A program made the position numbers and the translations under genes. Below, piece by piece: positions 1 to 9,656 of a DNA stretch of 20,000 nt; the stretch's first letter is position 1; each line of letters starts with the position of its first letter. The stretch spans positions 49,439 through 69,438 of the forward strand of contig JACRCW010000076.1 in assembly GCA_016218805.1 (NCBI GenBank), written 5' to 3'. The DNA comes from Deltaproteobacteria bacterium (GTDB lineage: Bacteria > Myxococcota > JACRCW01). The notes under the pieces are model-generated. The model was given only the letters and a program-made list of their open reading frames with translations. It was not told the DNA's origin and did no database searches.

Positions 1-575
1 TCCACGCGCGCAAACCCCGCGCGGGAGATGGCGCCCAGGTACTCGGCCTCTGGGACGGCGCCGCCGTAGCAGGCCGCCCACGCGGCGGGGTCCTCGCGCA
101 CCGCCTGGGGCAACTCCTGTTCGGCAATCACGTCAGACACCACAAAGCGGCCACCCGGGCGCAGCACGCGGTGGACCTCGCGGTAGACGGCTTCCTTGTC
201 GCGCGCGTGGTTGATGGTGCAGTTGGAGATGACCACGTCCGCCGCGGCGTCAGGCAGGTCCAGGGACGCCAGGTCACTGCGCACAAAGCGCACGTTGCGC
301 TGGTAGGGCGGCACCGCAGCGCGCGCGGCGGCCAGCATGGCGTCCGTGCGGTCCACGCCAATGGCGGCACCCTTGTCCCCAACGCGATCCGCCGCGCGGA
401 TGACGTCACGCCCGCGGCCGCAACCCAGGTCCACCAGCACCTCGCCGCGCTGGGGCGCGGAAATGTCAAATGCACTCCCGCAGGACAGCGAACCGGCGCA
501 GCAGGAGGTGGCCAGCGCGCCGTAGCGGGCTTCCACGGCGTCCTCGAGCGTTCTGGGGGCGGGACAACAGGACAT
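1..575 (-). CDS. arsM: Arsenite S-adenosylmethionine methyltransferase (ArsM/AS3MT-like), 3' end outside window
   Basis: Manual translation from the ATG at 575 (GGAGAG RBS at 581-586, minus strand) gives MSCCPAPRTLEDAVEARYGALATSCCAGSLSCGS...GEVLVDLGCGRGRD...IGVDRTDAML...DVVISNCTINHARDKEAVYREVHRVLRPGGRFVVSDV...DPAAWAACYGGA. It has SAM-binding motif I (DLGCGxG) and the ArsM-type Cys motifs SCG, ISNC and WxxC. The frame is open to the window edge, so it is absent from the ORF track. Confidence 0.85.
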   Translation of the reverse strand, partial: MSCCPAPRTLEDAVEARYGALATSCCAGSLSCGSAFDISAPQRGEVLVDLGCGRGRDVIRAADRVGDKGAAIGVDRTDAMLAAARAAVPPYQRNVRFVRSDLASLDLPDAAADVVISNCTINHARDKEAVYREVHRVLRPGGRFVVSDVIAEQELPQAVREDPAAWAACYGGAVPEAEYLGAISRAGFARV

Positions 576-718
576 GATGGCTCTCCAGGGAATCCGCCGT
601 GTGGGAGCCCCCGGCGGCGCGGAGGGTTCACGCCTCCCGGGTACGCCCCGGTGTCGACGGGAACAACCTCACGCCCGGGAAGGCCGGGCTGGATCTGCGC
701 CTGCACCGGGCGGTGCGC

Positions 719-1924
719 TCACTCGTACCGGAGCGCCTCCACCGGATCGACGAGCGCGGCGTTGCGCGCGGGCAGCACGCCACTGAGCACGCCCACCAGC
801 GCGGAGAAACCCATGGCCACGGCCACGATCCAGGCGGAGAGCTCCACCGGGAGGTCAGGCACCACGTTACGCGCGATGGCGATGATGCCCGCGCCCAGCC
901 CCAGCCCGACGAGCCCGCCCACCAGGCTGATGACCACCGCCTCAACGAGGAACTGCAGCAGGATGTCCGTGCGCGTGGCGCCCACGGCGCGCCGGATGCC
1001 GATCTCCCGCGTGCGCTCCTTCACGCTCACCAGCATGATGTTCATGATGCCAATGCCACCCACCACGAGCGAGATGGAGGCGATGGCGAGGATCACCAGC
1101 GTCATGGTGCGCAGCAGGTCGTTGACGGTCTCCAGCAGGTCATCCTGGCTGCGGATGGTGAAGTCCTCCTGGAAGTTGTGACGCGCGGAAAGCACCTCGC
1201 GGATGTCGTCCATGGCCGCGGCGGTGCTGCGGCGGTCACGGCTGCGGCACAGCACCTGCGTGACGCCGTCCAGTTGGAACAGGTCCATGGCCGTCTGGGC
1301 GGGGACGTACGCAATGTCATCCCAGTCAAACCCGAACGTCTGCCCCTTGGGCGCCATCACACCGACGATGCGGAAGGGCACGTCCGTGATCTTGACTGTG
1401 CGCCCCAGCGGGTTCTCCTCGCCGAACAACTCGCGCACGATGGTGGTGCCCACCACCACGACATGGCGGCCCGCCAGCGCGTCCTCGTCATCAAAGAAGC
1501 GGCCGGACTGCACGTGCAGGTTGCGCATGTCCGGGTACATGGCGCTGGTGCCGAACACCGCGACATCCCGCCGGCGATCCAGGTAGCGCAACGTCCCGCC
1601 GCCGAAGACGATGGGGCTGACCGCGTCGAGCGTGCGCGCGCGCCGCTCGATGGCGCGGGCGTCCTCCAGCGTGATCTTGCGCGGGTTGTTCAGCGGCGGC
1701 GGACCCATGCCCTTGCGCTCGGTCTTGCCGGGAATGACCTCAATGAGGCTGCTGCCCAGCCCGGAGAACGCCTCGGCCAGGTAGGTGCGCACGCCGTCAC
1801 CCAGGCCGACGAGCAGGATGATGCTCAGCACACCGATGATCACGCCCAGTGTGGTGAGGAACCCGCGCACCGGGTTGGCGCGCAGCGCGCCGAACGCCGC
1901 GACCACGTGGTCCAGCGTGTTCAT
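719..1924 (-). CDS. ABC transporter permease, MacB/FtsX family (type VII ABC)
   Basis: N-terminal TM (LRANPVRGFLTTLGVIIGV), large periplasmic domain, signature SLVVGGIGIMNIMLVSVKERTREIGIRRAVGA, and C-terminal PARNAALVDPVEALRYE. Confidence 0.95.
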   Translation of the reverse strand: MNTLDHVVAAFGALRANPVRGFLTTLGVIIGVLSIILLVGLGDGVRTYLAEAFSGLGSSLIEVIPGKTERKGMGPPPLNNPRKITLEDARAIERRARTLDAVSPIVFGGGTLRYLDRRRDVAVFGTSAMYPDMRNLHVQSGRFFDDEDALAGRHVVVVGTTIVRELFGEENPLGRTVKITDVPFRIVGVMAPKGQTFGFDWDDIAYVPAQTAMDLFQLDGVTQVLCRSRDRRSTAAAMDDIREVLSARHNFQEDFTIRSQDDLLETVNDLLRTMTLVILAIASISLVVGGIGIMNIMLVSVKERTREIGIRRAVGATRTDILLQFLVEAVVISLVGGLVGLGLGAGIIAIARNVVPDLPVELSAWIVAVAMGFSALVGVLSGVLPARNAALVDPVEALRYE

Positions 1925-2640
1925 CCGGCGGCCTCCGCGCGCGGCACCGGCCCGTCCTCCACGACGGCGCCGTCCACCAATGACACGCGGCGGCGGGTGT
2001 ACGCGGCCACCTCCGGGTCATGCGTGACCACCACAATGGTGGACCCCGCGGCGTGGAGTTCATCAAACAGCGTGATGATCTCGCGGCCGGTGCGCCGGTC
2101 CAGCGCGCCGGTGGGTTCGTCCGCCAGCAGCAGCGCGGGCTGCGTGACCAGCGCGCGCGCAATGGCCACGCGCTGACGCTGCCCGCCGGAGAGTTCATTG
2201 GGGCGGTGCGTGACGCGGTTGGCCAGGCCCACGCGGTCCAGGGACTGCAGCGCCAGGCGGCGGCGTTCACGCGCGGACAGGCCGCGGTAGCGCAGTGGCA
2301 GCTCCACGTTCTCCAGCGCGTTGGCGCGCGACAGCAGGTTGAAGTTCTGGAAGATGAAACCGATCTTGCGGTTGCGCACGTTGGCGAGACGGTGGTCCGG
2401 CAGCGCGGAGGCCTCTTCACCGTCCAGCGCGTAGGTGCCCGCGGACGGGCGGTCCAGGCAGCCAATGATGTTCATCAGCGTGCTCTTGCCACTGCCGGAC
2501 GGCCCAATGATGGCCACGTACTCGCCGCGCAGCACCACGAGGTCCACCCCGGCCAGTGCCACCACCCGGCTGTCCGCCTGGCCGTACTCCTTGCGGATGC
2601 CGCGCATGGCGATGACGGGCGGTGGTGCCGGTGCGCTCAT
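1921..2640 (-). CDS. ABC transporter ATP-binding protein, MacB/LolD family
   Basis: Walker A GPSGSGKS, signature LSGGQRQR, Walker B LLLADEPTGALD, H-loop VVTHD. ATGA overlaps with both neighbours. Confidence 0.96.
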   Translation of the reverse strand: MSAPAPPPVIAMRGIRKEYGQADSRVVALAGVDLVVLRGEYVAIIGPSGSGKSTLMNIIGCLDRPSAGTYALDGEEASALPDHRLANVRNRKIGFIFQNFNLLSRANALENVELPLRYRGLSARERRRLALQSLDRVGLANRVTHRPNELSGGQRQRVAIARALVTQPALLLADEPTGALDRRTGREIITLFDELHAAGSTIVVVTHDPEVAAYTRRRVSLVDGAVVEDGPVPRAEAAG

Positions 2641-3875
2641 GGCCGGGCCGCGGCGTCCGGCGTGGACGTGTCCGGTGCCGCCGGCCGGGGTGGGCGGCCG
2701 TCCTGCAGGCCCGCCAGGCCGCCCGGGAGCGTGGCCGCGCGTGCCAGGGGCACGGGGCGCGCGCGCACGCCCTCGCGAATGGCCGGGTCGTTGGGCGCAT
2801 GCACCACGCGGTCCTGCGGGTCCACGCCGGACAGGACCTCGGTGACGTCGTCGTTGTTCGCGCCGGTGCGGATCTTCCGGCGGCGCAGCGTACCCGCGCC
2901 CTGCGCGTCCACGTCCGCCACCACCATCACGGTGCGCTCCACGCCGCGCCCCTGCACGGACATGGTGGGGAGGATGGTGGCGCCGGATACCACCCGCTCC
3001 ACCACCGCCACGTTGGCCGCGGCCCCCACGCGCAACGGCGGTGCGCCCTGGAGTTCCACCTCAATGCGCAGCATGCGCGAGAGGCGCTCGTCCCGGCCAA
3101 TGGCGGGCGCCACCGCGCGCACCACGCCGGGCAGTTCCTCTGTCCGCAGCGAGTCAAACGTGACCAGCACCGGCTGGCCCACGCGGACGCGCGGCGCATC
3201 CACCTCGTCAATGGGCGCGGTCACGTACACGTGCGTGTCATCCACCAGGTCAAACAGCGGAACGCCCGGCGTCACCTGCGTCCCCACGGCGACAAACACG
3301 TCCTGCAGCACGCCACCAAACGGTGCGCGCAGCTCCATGCGCGCCAGCGCCAGCCGCGCCTGCGTGATGGCCGCTTCCGCCTGCCGGACCTGCGCCTCGG
3401 CCAGGCGCACGCCGTCACCCGCGGCGGCGGTCTCCACTTCCAGGCGTTCCAGTTCCACCTTGGGCGCACCGCCGCGCTCTACCAGTTGGGCCGTGCGCTC
3501 CTGCATCCGCCGGGCGCCGTCCTGGCGCGTCCGCGCGGCGGCCACGCCGGCACGGGCCACCTCCACGGCCGCTTCCGCCTGCGCCAGGCGCGCGCGCGCA
3601 TCCCGCGGGTCCAACGCCAGCACCAGGTCCCCGCGCGCCACGCGGTCACCCCGGCGGCGCAGCACGCGCTCCACGGTGCCCGGCAGTTCGCCGCGGACCA
3701 GCGTGCGCTGGTCAGGCGTCACTTCACCCGCGCTGCTGCCGTTGATGACAATCCGGACGTCACCCTTCTCCAGCGCAATCACCGTGACGTCCACCGGAGG
3801 GCGCGGACGCGTGAGCCACCACGCCGGGACACCGACGAGGCCCACCAGCACCAGCAGCGTCAGCACGCGCTTCAT
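2637..3875 (-). CDS. Efflux periplasmic adaptor subunit (MacA/HlyD-like membrane fusion protein)
   Basis: N-terminal TM anchor (MKRVLTLLVLVGLVGVPAWW), lipoyl half-motifs (GTVERVLRRRGDRVARGDLV and LRAPFGGVL), Ala/Glu/Arg coiled-coil hairpin, beta-barrel segment IDEVDAPRVRVGQPV. Start chosen at ATG 3875, which has GGAG at 3881-3884. Confidence 0.92.
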   Translation of the reverse strand: MKRVLTLLVLVGLVGVPAWWLTRPRPPVDVTVIALEKGDVRIVINGSSAGEVTPDQRTLVRGELPGTVERVLRRRGDRVARGDLVLALDPRDARARLAQAEAAVEVARAGVAAARTRQDGARRMQERTAQLVERGGAPKVELERLEVETAAAGDGVRLAEAQVRQAEAAITQARLALARMELRAPFGGVLQDVFVAVGTQVTPGVPLFDLVDDTHVYVTAPIDEVDAPRVRVGQPVLVTFDSLRTEELPGVVRAVAPAIGRDERLSRMLRIEVELQGAPPLRVGAAANVAVVERVVSGATILPTMSVQGRGVERTVMVVADVDAQGAGTLRRRKIRTGANNDDVTEVLSGVDPQDRVVHAPNDPAIREGVRARPVPLARAATLPGGLAGLQDGRPPRPAAPDTSTPDAAARP

Positions 3876-3996
3876 CCACGCTCCGGGGAGGAGCATCATG
3901 TTTGAGGGGCGCGTCGTCCAGTAATCCTTTGTCCGAGTTGACGGACGAGCCCCGGTGGCCGGCCCGCGTTACAGCTTCATGGTGCAGCACCCGTCA

Positions 3997-6900
3997 TCAG
4001 CAATGCGCGTTCAGCCACCGCTGAGCGCGGTCCACCACGTCCCTCACCCGTGCCGCGTCCCACGTCCCCGGACCCGGCAGGCTCCACTCCAGTCTGAACG
4101 GGGACGCGGCGCCTTCCACCACCGCCAGGAAGCGGGCGAGCCACGCCGCCGTCTCCACCCCACCGCGTAGCGCGGCGCCGGCACCGAGCAGCAGGTCAAC
4201 GTGGCGGGCCGCGGACTGGACCTCAGCCGCGTCAACGACGAGGGGCTCCTCCAGCAGGCGCAGCGCCTGGGCCACCTGGCCCGCGGCGGCGGCCCGGTCC
4301 GCGTCACGCAGTTGGCAGCGGAACCGCAGGAGTAGGGGTGAGGTGGGTGTGGGGTCATCCGGCAGGGGCGCCAGCAGCAGGCCCAGCGGCTCCAGGTCAC
4401 ACGCCAGGGTGGCCGGCGCGGCGGCGGGGGCGGCGGCCAGCAGGGCGCGCGCCTCGTCAAGGCGCCCGGTAAGCGCCAGCGCGTGGGCCAGCACGTGGAC
4501 GTCGTGGCAGGAGCGCTGCCCCGGCGGAATGTCCCCGGCCAGCGCGAGGGCGGCGGTGGTCTCGCCACGTCGCAGCAGACGTTCCACACGCATGGGGCGG
4601 GTGGCGGCATACGCGCGGACCGCGTCAATGCGGCCGAGCAGGGGCTCCACGTCGTCGTCAGCCAGCGCGTACCATGCAATGGCCTCCAGCCGCTCCGGTG
4701 TTGCGGACCACCGGTCTTCCAACCGGCGGCGGGTGGCCGCGTCAGCACGCGCCCAGTCACGCAGCTCCGCCAGGTCCGTGTTGGCGGGCCGCCCGCACGT
4801 GAACGGATCCTTGATGGCGACGACGGTGGAACGCCACACGGCCCCGCGCGCGCGTAGCGCGGGCAGGTGCGCAGCCGACGCGTGCAACTCCACGCCCTGG
4901 TCCGTGAAGGCGGCCACCGCAACACGCGTTCCGTCGTTATGGCCAACCAGGCACGCGCGCCCGGCAAACACGAGCCGATCACGCACCTTGAGGTCTCCGT
5001 CGGTGAGCGTGAGCGACGTGCGGGTTTCCGGACCCCACCGGACCACGAGGTCCCCGGATTCGGGCAGGGCGCACGCGGCAACCTGGCCGATGTGCGTGTC
5101 CGCCGCGTCGCCCAGGACGGTGCCGGTGCGCGACCGTCCGCCGTGCGCGCGGACGATCCGCAGTTCGCGCGGGCGGGCGTTGTAGGCGTCCATCTCCACC
5201 AGGGCGGATGGCCCGCCGTCCGGCCGGGCCACCACCGCTTCCACAAACGCGGACGGCGCGGACCATGCGGCAACCTCCGCCCCGTCGGCGGCGAGCACCC
5301 GCGTGACCCCGCCTTCGCTGCCGGCCGGCTCCAGCACCCGGCCGCGCGCCCGGCTGGCAAGCCGCACCGGCAGGCGGTTCATCTTCATGCGCCGCACCAC
5401 CTTGAGCGTCCGGCTGTCCACGATGGTGGTCACCGTGTCCGGCCCCGCGCTGTCGCACCGCCACGTGCAGCCGGCGTCCCCCAGGAAGAGCACGCGGTCC
5501 AGGCTCTCGCCGCTGGGCGGGGCGGGAAGCAGATCCCACGCAAGCACGTCCCACGTGGTGGCGGAGAGCACCAGCACGTGGCCCGTACGGGAGCACAGCC
5601 ACAGGGACCTGCCGGATGCGGCCAGGGCCAGGAGCGTGAAACCGGGCGGCAGCCGCAGGTGTGCGCGCGCGCGGACCGTCCCGTCCGCTGCGTCCAGGCA
5701 CCACACAAACAGGTGCGCGCCCCAGGCGCACGCGAAATACGCCCGCCCATCGTCGTCCACGCACGCGTTCACGGAGTCCGGCTCCAGGTGCTCCGGGAAG
5801 AACGGCATCCGCGCCGCCGGGTCCGCGACCGCTTCGGTGGCCGTGCGCGCGTGGCCGCGGACGGCGCGGGTGACCTGCTCCGCCAGCGCGGCCGGCACCC
5901 GCGCATCGTTCTCCCGCCGGATCTCGCCCAGCGCGGCAAGCGCGTCGTACGCCCGCCCCTCGGCGAGCGCCTCGCGCACGAGCCCCAGGCGGCGCGCCGC
6001 GTTCCGCTCGGCCTCCAGGGCACCCGTCCGCGCGCTCAGTTCGTCCCGGAGGGCCGGCGTGACGTCGTGGGACGGCGCGGTGCGCAGCGCGTCCAGCGCG
6101 GCTTCATGGTCACCCCGCGCGGCCAGTGCGGCGGCGGCGTCCAGCGCGGCCTGCACCGCGCGGCCGTGGAGCGCGGCCACGGCGTCGTCCACGGATGCGG
6201 TCACCTGGCGGCCCGCCCGGAACGACCGGGCCACCTCCAGATGTGGTGCCAGCGCGGTCTGCGCTTCCTGCGCTCGGTCCTCCGCGAGCAGGCGGCGCGC
6301 CTCGGCCAGGGCCCGCAGCGCGGGGACCGCTGCTGCACGCCGTGATCCCGCGCGCGGGAACTCGGCCAGCCACGCAATCTCGTCGGACCCGGCCTGCCGG
6401 CCCACCTCAGTCAGCAGCTCGTCATCGTCCAGCGCGGCGAGCGCGACCAGTCCGTCCGCGGGAGCGGCCGCGCGCCATGCGCGCACCAGCCGCGCCACGG
6501 TGTCCGCGCGCTCCTTCGCCTGCAGGGCCGCGGCCACGCGCGCACGCAGCGTCTCCAGCGCGGGATCCACCACGTGGTCGCGGGTGGCATCACGCAGCAG
6601 CGCGGCGGCGGCGACGGGATCGCGCTCCAACAGTTGTTCCACGGCGGGCGCCACCAGCAACGCACGCGCATGCGCGTCCGCCAGGCGCCGCCGGACCGTT
6701 CGCGCATCCACCTCAGCCAACACGCCGCGGGCCACGCGCGAATCCGGCCACCGCGCCAGTAACGACGTCGCGGCCGCGCGCGCCGCGTCCTCAGGGCCGT
6801 CATCCATCCGGCGCTGCAGGTCCGCTTCCAGCGGTTCCCGCTCGCGGCGGTCGTCGTCCGCCAGGCGTTTCTCCAGCGCCAACAGGTCCGCGTGCACGGC

Positions 6901-7701
6901 ACCACGGCGCCGTGCCTCGGCGAGCTGCGCGCGCGCGTCCGCGTGGTTGCCCGCCGCCAGCGCGCGTTCCACCAGGCGCGCGTGCACCTCTCCCGCGCGC
7001 GGATGCTCCAGGTCACGCAACCCGCTACGTGCCCGTTCAGCGTCCCCGCTGCGCGCCGCGGCCAGTGCGAGCAGCAGGCGGACGTCCGCGTCCGCCGCCG
7101 CCACTGCCGCGACGGGGAGCGCCAGCGCATCCGCGTCCGCGGCCAACGTGTCCACGAGCAATTCCAGCAGCGCCCGCAGCCGCGCCGGCGAAGGCGCGGC
7201 CGCCCAGGCGCGGCGCAGGCAGTCGCGGGCGGTGTCGTAGTCGTACGCGGCCAGCGCGTTCTCAGCCGCGCGGGTGAGCGAGGCCGGGTCCTCCGCGGGT
7301 ACCGCATCCGCCGCCGGTGCGGTCTCCACGACGGCGCGCGGCGGGGCGGCCACCGGCACCGCCGCGGGTCCCGCATCCAGATGGAAGCGCGCCCATGAGC
7401 GCGATTCGTCATCCAGTGCGTCCAGCACCGCGTGGCACAACCCGCGCCCGGTGGGAACATGCCGCAGCAGCACGGCGCCCTCATCAAGCACGGGTTCCAG
7501 CACGTCCCGGTGATCCCGGATGAGCACGCCAATGAGACGCGACTTGAGCTCGTAGCGGCGCCGCGCCTCGGGCTCGGGCAGGCCGCGCTCCGTCGGGTTG
7601 ACCGCGCGGATGACCGCGGCCAACTCCTCAATCGGCGGTCGCACCCGCCCGCGCAGGATGGCGTCGACCGTCCGGTCCGCCTTCGGGTCTTTGCGCGGCA
7701 T
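3997..7701 (-). CDS. Large hypothetical cytoplasmic protein (1234 aa): TPR-like alpha-solenoid plus a probable beta-rich/propeller-like central region
   Basis: Long ORF with GAGG upstream of the ATG. Ala/Leu/Arg helical repeats (AENALAAYDYDTARDCLRRA, ALAAGNHADARAQLAEA), then short beta-strand/turn segments (LFVWCLDAADG, LWLCSRTGHVLVLS, TTIVDSRTLKVV), then more helical repeats. Confidence 0.75.
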   Translation of the reverse strand: MPRKDPKADRTVDAILRGRVRPPIEELAAVIRAVNPTERGLPEPEARRRYELKSRLIGVLIRDHRDVLEPVLDEGAVLLRHVPTGRGLCHAVLDALDDESRSWARFHLDAGPAAVPVAAPPRAVVETAPAADAVPAEDPASLTRAAENALAAYDYDTARDCLRRAWAAAPSPARLRALLELLVDTLAADADALALPVAAVAAADADVRLLLALAAARSGDAERARSGLRDLEHPRAGEVHARLVERALAAGNHADARAQLAEARRRGAVHADLLALEKRLADDDRREREPLEADLQRRMDDGPEDAARAAATSLLARWPDSRVARGVLAEVDARTVRRRLADAHARALLVAPAVEQLLERDPVAAAALLRDATRDHVVDPALETLRARVAAALQAKERADTVARLVRAWRAAAPADGLVALAALDDDELLTEVGRQAGSDEIAWLAEFPRAGSRRAAAVPALRALAEARRLLAEDRAQEAQTALAPHLEVARSFRAGRQVTASVDDAVAALHGRAVQAALDAAAALAARGDHEAALDALRTAPSHDVTPALRDELSARTGALEAERNAARRLGLVREALAEGRAYDALAALGEIRRENDARVPAALAEQVTRAVRGHARTATEAVADPAARMPFFPEHLEPDSVNACVDDDGRAYFACAWGAHLFVWCLDAADGTVRARAHLRLPPGFTLLALAASGRSLWLCSRTGHVLVLSATTWDVLAWDLLPAPPSGESLDRVLFLGDAGCTWRCDSAGPDTVTTIVDSRTLKVVRRMKMNRLPVRLASRARGRVLEPAGSEGGVTRVLAADGAEVAAWSAPSAFVEAVVARPDGGPSALVEMDAYNARPRELRIVRAHGGRSRTGTVLGDAADTHIGQVAACALPESGDLVVRWGPETRTSLTLTDGDLKVRDRLVFAGRACLVGHNDGTRVAVAAFTDQGVELHASAAHLPALRARGAVWRSTVVAIKDPFTCGRPANTDLAELRDWARADAATRRRLEDRWSATPERLEAIAWYALADDDVEPLLGRIDAVRAYAATRPMRVERLLRRGETTAALALAGDIPPGQRSCHDVHVLAHALALTGRLDEARALLAAAPAAAPATLACDLEPLGLLLAPLPDDPTPTSPLLLRFRCQLRDADRAAAAGQVAQALRLLEEPLVVDAAEVQSAARHVDLLLGAGAALRGGVETAAWLARFLAVVEGAASPFRLEWSLPGPGTWDAARVRDVVDRAQRWLNAHC

Positions 7702-7716
7702 CGCGGGCCTCGGTGG

Positions 7717-9651
7717 TCAGGACGGGGGCGGCACGTCGTCCAGCCGGTAGATGACAAACGACGGCGTCCGGTACAGCTCCGGCAGGTTCCACGGCGGGTG
7801 CCGCGTGCGGCGGATGGCCACGTGCGCGCCGAACTCGCGGCCCAGGCGGCGCGCGTCGTCGTCGGTGAGGCGTTCGTCCAGCGGGTCCAGCCGCGAGAAG
7901 TGCGTGAAGCCCACAATGGGCGCCGGCTCCCACCCGTACAGGCGCAGCTTGCGCTGGAACGTCTCCACGTACGCCGGGTGGTGGAACGCGGCGTCCCCCT
8001 CCTGGAAGTCCACCGCCGGAATCTGGTTGGAGAACACCCGCAGCCCCATCTGCGTCAGCGGCACCATCACCACGTCGCCGCGCGGCAGCGTGCGCGCACA
8101 CCATTCCTGCACGTCGCGCCATTCGGACATGGCGCCCTTGCGCGGCCCGTAGGTCATCACCACGCCGCGCGCACCCAGGTGCAGCGCCGCCAGCAGACAT
8201 GCCGCCTGGAACAGCATCCGCCGCGTGAAGCCGCGGTGCGGGCCCTCCGCCCGCCGGATCCACGCCGACAGCACCGCCACCGCCGCAAACAGACCGAACA
8301 GACCCTCAATGAAGTAGAAGCCCCGCGGTGCCGCCTCTGCGCTGGCCACCGGCAGTTCGCGCACGCCTGACAGAGTCAGCGCTCCGGGGATGGCCACCGC
8401 CAACGCCGTCATCAATGCCACCATCCGCCCGCCCGGCTGGCCGCCGCGGTAACGCAGCACCATCCACAGCGCCGGGGCCAGCGTCAGCCAGTACGCGGGG
8501 CGGTACAGCGCCGCCACGCCCAGGCCCATCAGCATCATCACGCCGGTGGCCGCCGCCATGCGCGCATCCGGGAGGTCCGGCCGGTCCACCGCACGCACCA
8601 ACTGCACGCATGCGCGCGCCAGGAACGGCGCCCCGGCCAGCGCCATGATCCAACTGAGGCGCATGAGGTGCAGACGCAGGATGAACGGGTGCGGGTGAAT
8701 CTCCACCAGCACGCCGCCCACCATGGCCACCAGGATGGACAGCCACACCATCCGCGCCAGCGTGCCCGCGTCGGCCACCGGCTGCGTCGGCTGCGCCAGC
8801 GCCCACAACGGCCACGCCGTGGCGACGGGGAACAGCAACATCAGCCAGTCCAGCATGCCCCAGGTGGACGGCCAGAAATGGGACGGGAACCAATCCTTGA
8901 TGGCCTGCGCGTAGCCTGCCGGCGGCGTGCCGCCCAGCGCGCCCACTTCGCGCATCCACCACAGCGTGGGCAGGCTCAACAGCACGGCCACCACGCCGCC
9001 CAGGATCACCTGCCCGCGCAGCGCGCGGTCCCGCAGCAATGGCAGCTGCACCAAACCCAACACCAGCATCAGGTGCACCGCGTGCATGCCGTGGAAGTTG
9101 AACAGCACGCCCAGCACCACCCACGCCGCCACAATGCGCCGCCGCGCCACCAGCAGCAGCGCCCACAGCGCCATCACCTGCGCCAGCGCGCCATGCGTGA
9201 GGTAGATCTCGCTGACAATGTCCCAGCCGAACGTGGTGGACTGCACCGCCAGCACCGCGGCCGTCCAAAGCGCCGCCACCCCGTCGTCAAACAGCACCAT
9301 CCCCAACCGCCACCCCAGCCAGCAGGTGGCAAACCGGAACGCGAGAAACAGCGCGAACATCAGCACCGGCAGCGGCACGTAGCGCGCCGCGTAACCCACC
9401 GCGGGGAAGAACGCCGTCGTGTACGTGTTCACCAGGTCGGAGATGAACGGGTCGCGGTCAAAGGCGTCATCCCCCGCCCAGTGGCGGATGAGCGGGATTT
9501 GCAGCCCGTGGTTGATGAACCCCACCAGGTAGCCCTGCGTGAGGATGGAGCCGGCCGTGATGAGCAGCAGCCACAGGAGGGGGCGCTGCGGCGCGCGGCT
9601 CCACAGCGGGATGCGCAACTCGGGCAGCGGTGCCGGTGCGGGCGCGGACAT
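7717..9651 (-). CDS. Polytopic integral membrane protein, possibly GT-C-type glycosyltransferase-like (DUF6798-like C-terminus)
   Basis: About a dozen or more hydrophobic segments. First loop is acidic (DDAFDRDPF). Soluble C-terminal domain EWRDVQEWCARTLPRGDVVMVP...GLRVFSNQIPAVDFQEG. Start placed at ATG 9651, just after the VOC stop; the ORF-track extension to 9912 overlaps the VOC gene. Confidence 0.7.
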   Translation of the reverse strand: MSAPAPAPLPELRIPLWSRAPQRPLLWLLLITAGSILTQGYLVGFINHGLQIPLIRHWAGDDAFDRDPFISDLVNTYTTAFFPAVGYAARYVPLPVLMFALFLAFRFATCWLGWRLGMVLFDDGVAALWTAAVLAVQSTTFGWDIVSEIYLTHGALAQVMALWALLLVARRRIVAAWVVLGVLFNFHGMHAVHLMLVLGLVQLPLLRDRALRGQVILGGVVAVLLSLPTLWWMREVGALGGTPPAGYAQAIKDWFPSHFWPSTWGMLDWLMLLFPVATAWPLWALAQPTQPVADAGTLARMVWLSILVAMVGGVLVEIHPHPFILRLHLMRLSWIMALAGAPFLARACVQLVRAVDRPDLPDARMAAATGVMMLMGLGVAALYRPAYWLTLAPALWMVLRYRGGQPGGRMVALMTALAVAIPGALTLSGVRELPVASAEAAPRGFYFIEGLFGLFAAVAVLSAWIRRAEGPHRGFTRRMLFQAACLLAALHLGARGVVMTYGPRKGAMSEWRDVQEWCARTLPRGDVVMVPLTQMGLRVFSNQIPAVDFQEGDAAFHHPAYVETFQRKLRLYGWEPAPIVGFTHFSRLDPLDERLTDDDARRLGREFGAHVAIRRTRHPPWNLPELYRTPSFVIYRLDDVPPPS

Positions 9652-9656
9652 GGCGC

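Noticed and set aside
128..706. 192-aa minus-strand ORF from the track
   Set aside because: Wrong frame. The true gene is the ArsM-like frame starting at 575, which carries the methyltransferase motifs.
576..718. Hairpins upstream of arsM as a possible riboswitch or ArsR operator
   Set aside because: Short GC-rich stems are expected at this composition, and no recognisable riboswitch consensus or AT-rich ArsR-type inverted repeat is present.
171..3924. Long plus-strand ORFs (e.g. 599-2176, 2020-3924, 2622-3905)
   Set aside because: Antisense shadows of well-supported minus-strand ABC genes, caused by stop-codon scarcity at high GC.
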